64,000 nucleotides of DNA from Lingula anatina (taxonomy: Eukaryota > Animalia > Brachiopoda): contig CM120642.1 of NCBI GenBank assembly GCA_051362555.1, positions 28,644,001 through 28,708,000 of the forward strand, read 5' to 3'. How positions within the stretch are numbered: position 1 is the first letter of the stretch; each line of letters begins with the position of its first letter. Positions 49,984 to 63,174 of the stretch are shown piece after piece. The translations under genes were made by a program, and so were the position numbers. Under the pieces are notes generated by a model. It did no database searches. It saw nothing but the letters and a program-made list of their open reading frames with translations, and was not told the DNA's origin.

Positions 49984-51074
49984 TATGATATTTCAAATCA
50001 ACAATAATCCAAACTAACAATAAATGCTAAATATATATATTATGTATAAATACGAACTTAAAACGAATAAGAGCACAATAATTCCACTACACAAAAATTG
50101 CCTACCCCAAAGACCTTCGACCAAGATGGCATTGCCTTATTCTTAAATTTTCATCCGATGTTCAACGTAAAGTAGGTATCATAAAGCACAGTATCAAAGT
50201 ATTTGAAAACATATGTCTGTTTTAAATGTTTTAGTCTATTGCCGTTCATTTGAATTGTGCAAGTCTCCTCAAATCTCCAACGGTCTTCCGTAGAATGAAA
50301 AAGTAGGTCCTTGCGTTCGTCCATGCGTTCATATTGCATAGTTTATTTTATCGGTCAGATTTGCGCCATGCATTTGTCCTATATTTCCAATGTTTTTAAA
50401 GTGGCTTCTGGATTACTTAGGGAACACCCTTCACGGACGCTAATAAATGAACTCCACCTGTCTGTCCTTGTTATGCCAATAAAGTTTTGGTGTTCTTAGC
50501 CATGCGTGGAAAAAGGGTTACACCTGCCGCATGCTGCAAACTGTGGACATTATCTATCAGGTGTCGATTGTAACAGGCGTGCCGCTGTAACTGAGAGTTC
50601 ATATGTGTACGGCAGTGGTAGCAGGAAGTGGACACGTTTGCGTAACGTTGGGCACCGAACTTGCCCCACTCCATCGTATCCAAGGAAGATGGCTTGTTAT
50701 TTGAACCGTCACTGCCCTGAGAGCAGCTTTGACAGCTTTGGCCTGTCATCTTGCAAACGTCAGAACAGTCATGACAGTGATGGTATGATGTTCATATTGT
50801 TGTTTCATTTAGCACTGGCCCTGGTAAAGTTCTGAATGCAGATGGTTGGAAGTGTACCGAGGCTTCAATGCGGAAAATAAGTCAATAGTCTCAACAACGT
50901 AAGTCACATATGGTGTGAAAAGACACTTCGGCAAAAAGTTTTTGTATATATGTGACGGCGTCTCGAGCCGACCGCAGTCCTTAGCTTTCATTTGTGAAAC
51001 ATATGTATCACATTGTCAGAAGTTACTAGGGTCAAATTCCTCGGCCAATGAAGACTGTTATACGACGGTTTTCC

Positions 51075-53990
51075 GTACATTTCAATAGAGTTATAATAGA
51101 GTTATATCAAGTGTCTTTACTCATGTCTTGACCCATTTCTTACGTTCCATTCTCTTTCAATGATACAGTACACTTCGTCTGTGCTTTTTTAACTGATATC
51201 AACATCACAAATTGTGACAACAATTTAATAAAAGTTACAACATTTATGCACCATAAGTATCTAACCTCTATCTGGTAGATAAAAATACACTCACCATGGG
51301 ATACTGAGACCCATGTAATTTCACAGAATACCAAAGCTTGGCATACTCTCAGTCTCTTGAAAGTTTAACTCAACAAAAATTTTAAGCATTCAAGATAGCG
51401 CTCACTTTAAATTCTTAGCTAAAAAAAAAAATAAATAAATAACCCTAGCGTTTTGAAACATTCTTAAAGAGAGTCAGTTGTATTATCTACACCTTTCGTC
51501 CTTCTTTTCCATTTACCCATGTTGTCTTTATGCCATCTATGAGGTCGAGGGTATTACAGTATTGAGTGATAGGCCTATACATGTATAGGTTTGATCAAAT
51601 TAAAATTTTCCAAATACAGATAGCACAATTTTTATGACTAAAACTAAAAAATACTTTAACTACTTAATTTAAATCAAGCTACTTATTTTTGAATATATAT
51701 TGATAATATCATCTTCATCATCATCCCCACGGATTCAAGAATATAAGACTGTCTCAATACTAGATTATCTTTTGATAAACGTGATAGTATAATTTACTGC
51801 TACAGTAATATGCATGTATATATATTAAATACTTCACTATAATTATTAAGACTAAAACAATAAACCTAAAAAAATACAACACACATTCCGCTTTATCCAA
51901 ACTTACAGTACTTAACTTGATTTCAACTAGAACGTATTTAACCTCAAAGTACACCTCTTGTTTTGATTGTCAACGTACTTTAAAACTATATCATTCATTA
52001 GATAACACATTATATTCTGTTTAAACTATTTCAAATCAACAGTAACTCTCATTATCTCATTAGGAATAGAATGATCATCAATCGCAATATTTGCCTTAAA
52101 TGATCCGCTTTCTTTAGTTTTTATAAACATTTATGAAATTTTATTGTAAAAGGGTCGTTATATTTTCAAAATAAGTACGGTCATTCGGTGTCGTATTACT
52201 AAGAGTAAAGCAAGCAAAATATAGTTGCAAAAATACGTCATTTAAACGGACTTCAAACACACTTTCTATTCTTTTCTTTGGAGTTCAAATGTCAACTTTA
52301 CAGTTTCTTTCCGCCAAAAACAGTGTATTCAAACGTAATGTCCAATTTCATTCTTTGAAAATCGCTCTGCCAGACAGAATTTTTTTGTCCTGACTTGCAA
52401 TTATAAGCTGCATTGCTTAATGTTTATATGCTTAATATAAATGTTTTCTAATCTTCCTTCTTGCGCAAGGAGCAACAAAGAGATTTGTTTATGCCGTCAA
52501 AGACCGGCACATTTCAGTACAGTTATAATAGAGTCATATCAAAGTGTTTTTATTCATATCCTAACCCATTTGTTACGTTCCATTTTTTTCAATGATACAC
52601 TTGGTCAGTGCCATCTGATATCAACAACACAAAGTATTACAGTGATTAAATAAACATCTCCACTTCACTACAATTATGCACCATAAGTATATAACCTATA
52701 CCTGATATGCAAAGATGCAATCACTCTCGGATACTGACATATGCATCTAGTTTTTCAATGCAATTTCACAGAATACCGATGCTTGGCATCATCTCTGTCG
52801 ATTTAAAGCTTAACTACCCAAGATTTTGAACCTTCAAAGTTGCCCTCAATGAATACTCCTATTCCAAAAATGCAATTATGAACCAAGCGGTTCGAAATAT
52901 TCTTAAAGAAAATTAGTTGTTTTTCCTACACCCTTCGTCCTTCTAATTCACCCACCACGTAAGGCTTTGGTCATCTATGCATGAGGTCACACCTTTTACA
53001 GTACTGAGTGGTATACATTTATACGTTTGATTAAATTAAAATGTACCAAATACAGATAGCAAAAATTGAACTTTTATATCTAAACTGAGATAAATCATTT
53101 ACTTTAAGTACTTTTAAATCTAAACTACTTATATATGTAAAAATATGTAAAAATATTAAAAATATAATCATCATCATTTGGTTGCAGATATACTTTCCAT
53201 GCTTAGAGCAAGCAAAGTAAAGTTGCACAAATCCCCGATTAAACTAGACTTCTTTTTTGAAGCTGAATGTCAACTTTATGATTTCCTGCCGCTCCAAACA
53301 CTGTTTACACAGGTTCTGTGAAAACAGTGTTTAGTTCTTTGAATTTCGTTCCGCGAGACAGAAATTCATTGTCCTGACTAAATAATAATAATAATAATAA
53401 TAAATTCCGTTAAAATGTTCAGTGGACTTTACATAAAGACAATACTTACGAACACAATGACAAAGATATTAAAAATTATGCAAATAAATTTAGAATTCAG
53501 ATAAAAACATCTTAATTCTCACACAAAACAATTCAGATAATAAAAAAATAACAAAAAGAAGTGTTTTAAATCCTTTTTAAAATTATTACTTGATTTAATT
53601 GAGCGGACTTCAATTGGTAGCATATTCCACTGGGCCAGCTGACTTATAGCCCCATAAGCTTTAAGACGCATTTGTACAGGTTCAGAAACAGTTGATCTGC
53701 TCATTGAAAATTTCTGGTAGGAACTTAGTGAACAAGGAGATCTTTTAAGTACGTTGGTGCCACTTCATAAAAGCATCATGGACGTAAACAAAAAATTTAA
53801 AGGAAAGCCTGGCTTGGAGTGCAGACAATGTAGTTCTTTTATAACTGGTGTGATATGATTGCCCGTAGTCGTGCGGGTTAATAATCTATCGGAAATGCTT
53901 TGAAAACCTTGTTATCTTTCTTCTGACATCCATATAAACAGCAGTAATTCAGTTTATACGTGCAATTATAAGTTGCATTGCCAAATGTTG
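51075..53990. repeat. Diverged tandem duplication (51075-52425 vs 52506-53990)
   Basis: Collinear blocks gttataatagagt.atatcaa, tatgcaccataagtat.taacct, aatttcacagaatacc, ccaaatacagatagca and gtcctgact|tgcaattataag.tgcattgc. Confidence 0.8.
53380..53960 (-). mobile_element. 5'-truncated L2/CR1-type LINE
   Basis: The minus strand encodes RLLTRT..NHITPVIKELH, APTYLKDLL and WNMLPIEVRSIKS.NNFKKDLK (ORF2 C-terminus), with a (TTA)n tail at 53381-53403. It interrupts the second copy of the tandem duplication. Confidence 0.8.
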
Positions 53991-54220
53991 CTTTTTCTTT
54001 TACAATTAGGTGTTAAACAGTTACTGGGATAGTCAACTTACATAATGAGAGCTCCCTGGTTTTAATTCGATTCAAATGACCTCTTTCTTTTTCTTCCCAA
54101 TCCTACATAAATTTCAAATATTTCAATATCGGTGAGTTAATTGGAATGTGTCTTGCTCAAGATTAAGTCGATCATCAAATGTCGCCTTGGACCTAATTTG
54201 TGAATTTTTCTTTCATCGTC

Positions 54221-55247
54221 TTATGCGCACCTAGAGCAACACATGGATTTCAGAGTACGTTGAAACGTTTTACCGAACAATCCATAAAAGAAAAAATTGA
54301 TAGAAGAGTTAAGCATTGCTACGAGGTTAAGCACTTGGAAGAATAACGGCATATTTCGTGTAATATTCTGCGGCAATGCTCCTGGATAGAACCCAATAAT
54401 AAAAGTGCAAGAATAAAACAGATGAAATACCAGACAAGAAACGGCGATCATTATTACAATTTTGTCAATTCTCGGTCTGTGGTCTTTTTTTAGCGAAAAG
54501 CACTGCGCGTCGTTTGGATAGTTCTCGCAGTCTGCGTATTATTCGCACATTGCACTTGGTTACAATTAAAAAAGGAATACAAAAATAAAAAAGAGCGTGA
54601 AAAGCAAGCCAGTAGATCTTATGCTCGGGAAAACGGACAACGGGTGGTTTGAAGCAAAATGGATAGGTCTTGTTCAAGGAACATGGCTGAAATGCGGCTG
54701 AAACGACGAAAAAGTACTTTGGTATAACACTTATAAAAGAAGCAATGACCACGATGACCACCCATCCTACCCACGTCTTCAGAGATGTGGTATCCAGGAG
54801 CTGTGAAATGGGCCGACAAATCAGACGGTAGCGGTCAACGGTAACAAGAACGCTCATCCAAATCGGAATAAGAATGAACCAGTTGTTTAATGACCAAAGC
54901 ACTCGTGAATGTTTCGCAATAAAGGGAAGGGTTCCTGGAATTAGTTCAATGTACGAGAATATGGATGGGATGCTGATAAAAAACGTTTGCGAAAGGATGA
55001 AGAAATTGTCTGCAACTGCCAAGCAACTGAGCAAAAAGGTCGATGAATTCTGGACCTTGAAATTTCGTAACACGACAAAAGACACCGTGTTCAAAACAAG
55101 ACCAGCCAAACCAGTGAAGAAAGCCGAAATTCCTCCGACAAAATATAGAAACCCTTTGTTGTCTACATCACTACCCAATCCTTTCTCTACTTCTGAAATA
55201 TTTGAACTGATATTTGGAAGGTGGACTGGTGTCACAGTGTCATTCAT
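54221..55247 (-). CDS. Rhodopsin-class peptide GPCR, FMRFamide-receptor-like, intronless; 1-nt frameshift at A7 (54485-54491): pseudogene or assembly error
   Basis: ORF 55247-54465 gives TM1-5 (LAVADN, VTVDRY, FCIP). The shifted frame gives TM6-7 (DKIVIMIAVSCLVF...LNSSINFFFYGLFGKTFQ). Removing one A yields a 341-aa 7TM protein. Confidence 0.85.
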
Positions 55248-56753
55248 CTTTAAAAAATTTCCTGCTTACCTCTGAGTCCCAGTGAAATTCAGGTATTCAT
55301 ACAAGAAGCATCTAAACTGAATCTGAAATTATCACGCTTATATATATACATCCATACATCGTATTTGTAGGTTGTAAGTACCGTCTAACAATCTTGTAAT
55401 TATCATCATCCGGCATTTAATAAGGAAAACTGATACCGAGCACAATCCCGTAAATTGCTTTCACAGAATTTCTTCGTCTCAAAGTGACCCATGCTGCTTA
55501 GGTAAGTTGCTGACAGAGATTGCAACCGTTTATAGCACAAAGGTTAGCTGAGAACACTAAACTTGTGGTACTCGTCTCAACAGCAGAGATTGAAGTTTTT
55601 GGGCCTACCTTAGGTGACTTAACTTGCATAACCGACAACATGCACCTTAAGTAGGTTTCGTAGTATTGTTCCACAATGTGTTTTACAAACGACAGACCAC
55701 CAATGAGTAAAGTTGGCAAATCTTAATCGACTTTGGGCACCTTGGCACCAATGACAGAAAACACTATCAGGACAATCACACCACGTTCTAGTGGTTCAGT
55801 TTGAAGACCAACGGGATTTGTGAAATGCAGCATAATTAACAGTTTTTTTGGGGGGGGCGAGACTGAGTTTTTAAAGAGTTTTTGCCCAGCTGCTGTCTCT
55901 CATTTTAACAACAAAAATATAACTTTTACCAACTAAATTTTAGATAATTTATTGTTATGTTATACTTTATACTCTTTACCCGAATATAGCAATCCAATTT
56001 CCGTTTTATGTGAATTTAATTTATATATCAATGGCTGAATAAACTCTTATCTTATGATTAGGCACGATGCCCTGCGGCAAATGCTGATGGTATTTTCTTG
56101 ATTTCTTCTTTAATCCTACTAAGTAACACACCGATGGCTCATATCATAAACCAGAAGTACTTATTTAGCAGCAAGACTGTCATCAAGCGTTACTTGCATA
56201 CGGGTATTTAAAGTGAAAAAGTTTTTACTTTGTCATATATCAAAACATGATATCAGATTTCTACCCTACACAAAGTACTGTATATTCTTTATTTTAATTT
56301 TTAACTATTCTAATTTTTTATTCCTTATTTTCTCGGTAGGAGAAATAAAATAAAGACTTATTAGTCATTTGCAATCTATTCTATGTAACAAAAATTGTTG
56401 CTGTATACTTCACAGTATCTGCGGTTGCAGCTCTCAAAACTAAATGAATTTTTTTCTCTAGTAATTTTTTCAACAGCAAGGTCCTGTAATAACCAAAAGT
56501 TGCAGCCATATTAGGGCTAGTATACCAGCTAGGACTAGTATGTTTTTCAACAGTAGCCTATAGTATATCAACAGTACATATAAAGAACATACCTTTTACA
56601 CGTACATATGGACTACATGATTTACAGTACATGTTTGTGCAAAGCATACTTCAATCATTTTCAGCATCAATTAACTCATAAATACATGTACATCAATACC
56701 TTTTTTTAAAATCATCAATAATCATTTTTTAATATGTTCAAATCCTGTTGTAC

Positions 56754-57313
56754 CTTATCCCAGGCTTCTTCTGGTGTCTGTAAATCTGTAAATAGAGATA
56801 ATTTTATGTTGTGCAATGGTCACTATTTACTGGTGCATCTACAGGAAATCCTGACCCTTTTCAAATGAAGCAGTAGTTTTGATTGGAGTATTGGGGTTTG
56901 TACATGGGAGGAATGTCACCTGTTCCACTCCTTTTGTCTTTGCACTTTGCAATCTGTGCACATTACGAACGCCTAATGAAACTTGAATCAAAATAATCGA
57001 ACGTCTTAGTGGTCTTTCTTTTTTTACGATTAATATTATCTAGGTCCAAATCCAATTGCTGTAATGATTGTAAATGCTCAATGTCAAAAAAAATACTGAT
57101 TACTCTCACAAATATATATCATATAATGAAGGAGAACCTCAGAAATGAGTTTTCTCTGTCTTCCTATTTTCCCACATGGCATACCATTTCACTGACAATG
57201 AAACCATCTTTCTTTAAGAGAACAAGTGATTTATCCACATTTTCTGCTTTCTACTGCTTATTACTACATGTGCCCCATCCTGCGATAATCTTTTGGCTAT
57301 AGAAAATCCAATG
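56754..57313 (-). pseudogene. DHRS4: DHRS4 (SDR carbonyl reductase) pseudogene fragments: exon 57313-57138 and micro-exon 56777-56754
   Basis: ttcttcag|C ATT GGA... translates IGFSIAKRLSQDGAHVVISSRKQ/NVDKS...MVCHVGK*EDRE/LISE, with two 1-nt deletions and a TAG. A 24-nt AG..GT exon encodes TPEEAWDK. Both match DHRS4 ([23 protein letters not shown]...VCHVGKAEDRE, TEEVWDK). Confidence 0.8.
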
Positions 57314-60300
57314 CTGAAGAAAAAATCTGATTTTAACAGGTTTTACGGACCGTCCAAGCATTGTACGGGGGGAAGGTGATTTCTATTTCGTCATGAATGG
57401 TCAAAATGAATTGAAAAACATTTTCGTTTTTCATTTTAAAATGAAAAAGGAAAAAACGAGATTTTTCTTCGTTTTTTCCAATTTTTCTATGATATACAAA
57501 AATAAAAAACGACACATTTCCAGACATAATAGAAAATAGAAACATCCACTGTTTTCCAATGTCAAGAGAGTGAAATACTATATCAGATTATACGTCCTTT
57601 TCTCCTATTGTGAAGAAAAGAAATATCTAAACTTGTTCATTTTTTCCATTTTAGAATGATAGGATTATTCCTTGCTTTAATTTGTATAAGTTATCGGAGA
57701 TTTAGTAAAGAATTTCAAGAAGGATGGATTAAGGAATTTCAGATATTCTATAACTACTGTATGTGTACGGTTATGGAAAAATAATGCGCCATCGCTGCGT
57801 TGTTCAGAAATGTGAAATAAGCCCCCTAGACTAGTACCTAGATCGAAGTGGAGAAGAAATGAAGGTTGGATCTTTTTCTAGTAAGGACTTTTTGTATCAC
57901 TGTTTTGATAGAAAAAAGAAATTTTTATCACGAAACTATGGATATCATGTTCAGAAAATTGTTTGAATGATTGTTATGTCACATGGGCTGAAGTGGTGGT
58001 TTGGCCTCAATTGACGTTTGTGCTCACCCAGAGAGTTTCACTACAAGCTACAATGATCTAATATAATTTTTAATTAAGTGCGACTGGGCAAAACAGTTAT
58101 ACATGTATACATGTAGATGCACAGATTTTGTAGCTGTGTTCTGTGGTTAACGCTGGATAAATTAATAAAAAGTGTGTTAGAATATTTACACTCGTGCGTC
58201 TTGTTGCTCTTGAATGTTATTCTACCTTAGTGAAAGTTAAGGTTAAGTTAAAAACTTAACTAAGTTAATGCGATAAATCAATAAAATGTAAAACTGATTA
58301 TAACTTCTGTTCTAATCAAGGATGAGAGGAAAGAGAAATTGCGCGTTTTTAATCGTGCCATTGAATTTAGTGGTAGGCCCAAATTACAGTGTATCTACAA
58401 ATCAGCGGATCTAAAATAAACAACAACAAAAATATGATAATGATTAAACACTTTATAAAAGCGTTATTGTCCATGGCAGTTCAATTGACAGTGTGCTAAC
58501 TAAAACAGTCTGATTAGGATATATTTTTCAACATGCAGATGGCTAACACGTACACTATTTGCTAATATACTGTTACACAAAGTGGAAGTCTCTTGTACAC
58601 ATATTTCATGTATCTCTGTTTCTGTTATGACTTCAATTGGAAGATTTAGACCAACGTCAATAGCAACTCCCCAAATTTTGCATTATTCATATTATAATTC
58701 ATTGCATTTAAGCTTTATCTGATAGAATTAAACACCGATAACTTGCAGCGGCCGCCATTTGTATGTCTGTGTCTGTTCGTACGTTTTTTTTTCCATTTGC
58801 ATTCCTAAAATGAAAATAAGAAGAACGAGCTGGCTAATTAAAATCGAACATTATACATCCATGAATACATAAAATATACAATTACCAATCATTGATGCTA
58901 CAGCAAAGCAGAGAATAGACTGCCATAGTCTGTAAACATCTCTACCACAATGGAGAAAGTCAGATGTGCTTTGGGGAACGACTTCTGGTCTGCACATACT
59001 CTGTATATTAAATCCAGCTAGTTGGATAATTTAATCAAGACACAGTTAATCAAAAACGTTAAACGAAGTGAAAAAGCAAAATCTTATTAAAATTTTTTCT
59101 TTTCAACGCGAAAGATCAAGAAATGAGTCCTTCGAAAGATGAAAGCTACCCGACAATCATTTGCGAATGACCAATAATATCAAAACAATTGCATGAAAGC
59201 CATTCGTGACATTTTAAGGTCTTCAACCAAGAGAGTTTATGGTCATCTTTAAAGTGGTTTCGCGAGCAACATGGTCATTAAGTGACGCTGGGGATTAAAT
59301 ACCAGAAAAAAACTTAATCGTATCGGTGGCAAAGTACAGTAGATAGAATTATCATGGTAGTAAGGGCAGTGACACAGCACTGACAGCACGCTTGATATAG
59401 TCTGGTATTCGTGCGTACGCGACTGAAGTCACCAAAGGAAAGACATGATGACTTATATTTTCTTATTCCACTAAAGCAATTACAGTTTGCAAAAAATATC
59501 GTTCTATTGTTGCTGTTGTTGTTGTTGTTGTTGTTGTTGTTTGTGACGTTAGTTATCACTATTTCCTCCATCAATTTAGCAGAATATTGAGATATCATAT
59601 GAATGAGTGGACTACATTGTTAAATATCTGATTATTTTAAGACAAAGTTGGCTGTGAAACATTCACATTATATCTAATATGTTAAACTTTTATCTTCGGG
59701 CTATAAAATCCAAGTGGCTTAAAATTAATCACCTTCCTGAAACGCAACTGACAAGCACACAACTTAATTCTTCAGGAAAAATTTAAAGACAAATTTCAAA
59801 ATAATAGTTACAAAGCAAAATTACGGTTTCGCCAGCGTAGGGTATATGCGTATTAAGTTATGCCCATCTTACTCTCTCATCATAATTTTGCTCTAATTCC
59901 TTCCACCTCCCACAAATCACAAGCTGGCAGCCTACTTTCCATTCCCAAGTTTCCATTATTGTTAAGTGTACCCGATGGTGTAAGATATCATCTTATATTT
60001 TCCCAACTACTTGTATATCAATTAAGTCTTTCCTTATTCCAATTAGTATTCTCTCATTTTCTCTTGAGGGGAGAAAGAATTTGTGACCCAGAGTTCAATA
60101 AGCGAGATGGAATGGCATGTCCAGATAGCGGGGCAGACGTAATGGCCACCGCGAGGGAAATTAACTTTCCACTTAAATTTCCGAGAACTACATGTAGATA
60201 GCCGCAGATAATGCTCAGAGGCAAGACAGAAAATGATAAAAACTCTGTGTGAGGTGTGAATGAAATGATAATATGGTAGATCTACTGGTAGTATAAAACG

Positions 60301-60971
60301 TAACTTGCAGTTAAATGTAACTAAAACATCAAAAGTTCTTCATTTAATGTTTTTACACTTGTTACCACACGGGACAACAGTGACGCCTCAACCTGTGATA
60401 CTGTCATGAACATGAATTTAATCGTAACATCTATTACAAAATTGAATTAAAATGATATCATCACTAATATCCGGAAGTAAATTGGTATATAGTGCTCGTG
60501 ATGTCAAGGCATGGCATTTAGTATTGACTGCTGTTTTCAGACATGTTTTAATTAGTAAAAAGACAATTAATAACATAATCTTTATTGAGCACTAAAATGT
60601 TTACAAGTTGCATTTTACAGGCTCTCTACTCTAGTCATAACAACTTTACAACAACTATACAAATCTATACAAATACTTGTGAATTAAAGAGGATGAAATC
60701 AATCCCCAAAACAAATTGTTTACTTGCCTAGTTGACCCATTGCTATTGGACCTAATACTGCTTTACTATTTAGAAACATTACATCTATATCATATAACAC
60801 TTTAATACCCTTTAATTAATAACAGACGCAACTTAATCGCTAAAATTTTTTTCTTCCTGCGGAGATCAAGCAAGGAGTACGAAGCTTTCACAATATTTAT
60901 AAATTAGCAACAGGAAAAATTGAAAAAAAAACGCATGCTAATTCATAAATAAAACTTGAATGTTTGTTTAT

Positions 60972-61766
60972 CAAAGTCACAGCATTTCCAGGCTTGAAAG
61001 TGCAGCGACGATAGTCTCAACAAGGGCGTTATGATCTGACCATATTTCAGAAGTCTGGAGGAATACTCTGTATTTCTACCGGAGGCCAAATCATGTACAG
61101 ATACATGTATTACAATGGACAAGACACTGACAGCAGGATGCAAGACTGCAGAAGATAATCATAAAAACTAATCAGCTTTTCACAGAGATTGCGGATGGAA
61201 CTGGCTTTTGGACTATGGGTTTTGAATTGATCGCTGTAGGGATTTTACGAACATACTAGTACACTCGAAACAGAAGCAATATCATGGAGTAGTTTTTACT
61301 GAAAATCGTTGAAACGTCTTGTATGGTTGATGAGTTATTAAAGTGAGACATCTAGGTCGTTTTTTAAATTTTTTTGACTACCAGATACAGTATAATTAAT
61401 GGGTCTGGGTGTTTTGTAAAAAGACAGAAAAACGAGGTAAGCGATACTTTCTGAAACGCAACGTAATCGGAAGAAGTTCCAGATGCATAATTAAAATAAA
61501 ACCTTTGTGCATTTGTTCCAGGATGAATAAGTTTCAGTTCATCATAAACTGCTGACAAACATTTCAGAATATATAATTGGTAGAAAAGAGCCTAATATCT
61601 TCATTTGTATAGCGTGCTATTTTAACCATTTTTTCATCGTACACTAACATTGTACATGAATTTTGTCTATATTATATCTAGTGACACGTTAAATGACACG
61701 ACGAGACAATTGACACAATGGGGAGGAGGAAAACTGACAGCAATTTTTAGAAATTTCACTAGACAT
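60972..61766. repeat. Dispersed direct duplication, copy 2 (partner 47030-48156)
   Basis: Same collinear blocks as copy 1; lacks two segments present in copy 1. Confidence 0.85.
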
Positions 61767-63174
61767 ATTATCATTATAGATAAAGAATAGAAGGTGCGAG
61801 GCAATTTTTTTCTGCCGTTAATTCTCCCTCTGAAGTGAATTTTCCTAAAGCGATAATTTTCATCGCTACTGATAACCATGGGATCTATATGCAAATAAAA
61901 AAAAGAACCCACGGAAACGCCTTTGCAATTTGTGCATGGAAATCACTGGCCACAATGACTGCATACAATGGCGATCCGTATTTAGAGTTCTCGCAGCAGA
62001 AATGGTGAGTTTCACCCCTAACGGTACAACAACATTGCAACTCGAAAGCGTGTTTAAAGCTCGCAATTGCCTCAAAAGCATTGGATAGGATATGCCATCG
62101 TAATTCAATAAAAAACATTGAAATAAATTGTTTTGCTGTATATGGCAGTCTAACGCGCACTGTATGTCCTCAACATTCATTTTATTGTGTGCTTACTAAT
62201 AATATTGACCTCTTTGCAAGATATATGCTTCTGTCTATTTCAATATATCAAATTAATTTTATCTGCTAGGTCCGGGGCAATTTTAATCATAAAGCTGCAA
62301 AAATTCATTATTTGAAAACTACTTCAAACGCCCATTTTTACGCAGGTCATAAGGCACACAACCATCCATAGTGGCAGAGTTTCCTGTGTTTATGTAATGA
62401 AAGAAATCCGCTCTTATCGGAAAAAACAACAGTCATAGCTCTCACCCACACAAGAATATTTGTTGCTCGTCTAACATGACTGCTGATAAACAAATAATAC
62501 ACGCGGTAAAACTTTTGATTTGAAGGGGAAATCTTTAAGTCTTGCGCATAAGGTGCTTTGGTGGCAAAATCATCGGATCAGATGTTCTCTTATCGGAAAT
62601 AACATCTAAAAGAATGATATTATATTTCTAAGAATGTAATTTCACTCGCACCTTGTTGAAGTCTGCATCGTTATACACGGTCACTCCCAGGAGATTCAAG
62701 CGTTATTTTGACGTCATACGCAACATTTAAGCCTTTCGGCAAGAACCGTAGGCGCAGACGCGTGTTCTAAGTGATGACAACACTGTAAGAAGCGTTTCAG
62801 ACTTTAAACGGCCTCTAGAGCTGGCGGAAAACACTTCAGATATAAACCATGGGCCGCTGTTAATCTCTTCTGTTGGAAAATGTGCCCACTCAGTCTTAAT
62901 TTGTATTAAACTGATCAACTAGTGTTAGGGCGAAGATACAACATGTTGCGGAATGAGAAATACATGTCATTTTCACTTTCCAACTGAACATGCTTACGGC
63001 TGAATCAGGGATAACAGGTCTCTAAACATCGGTAAGCCATAGGGAAAGAAGCAACAACAGACAAAGGCTGTGTAAATTTGCGCTGTGGTTTTGCACAATA
63101 GTAAATAATGTTTTAAGATCTTCAGACAAATAATTCAAATGAGAAACCCACCTGTTCGGTAACTAGAAGAAATA

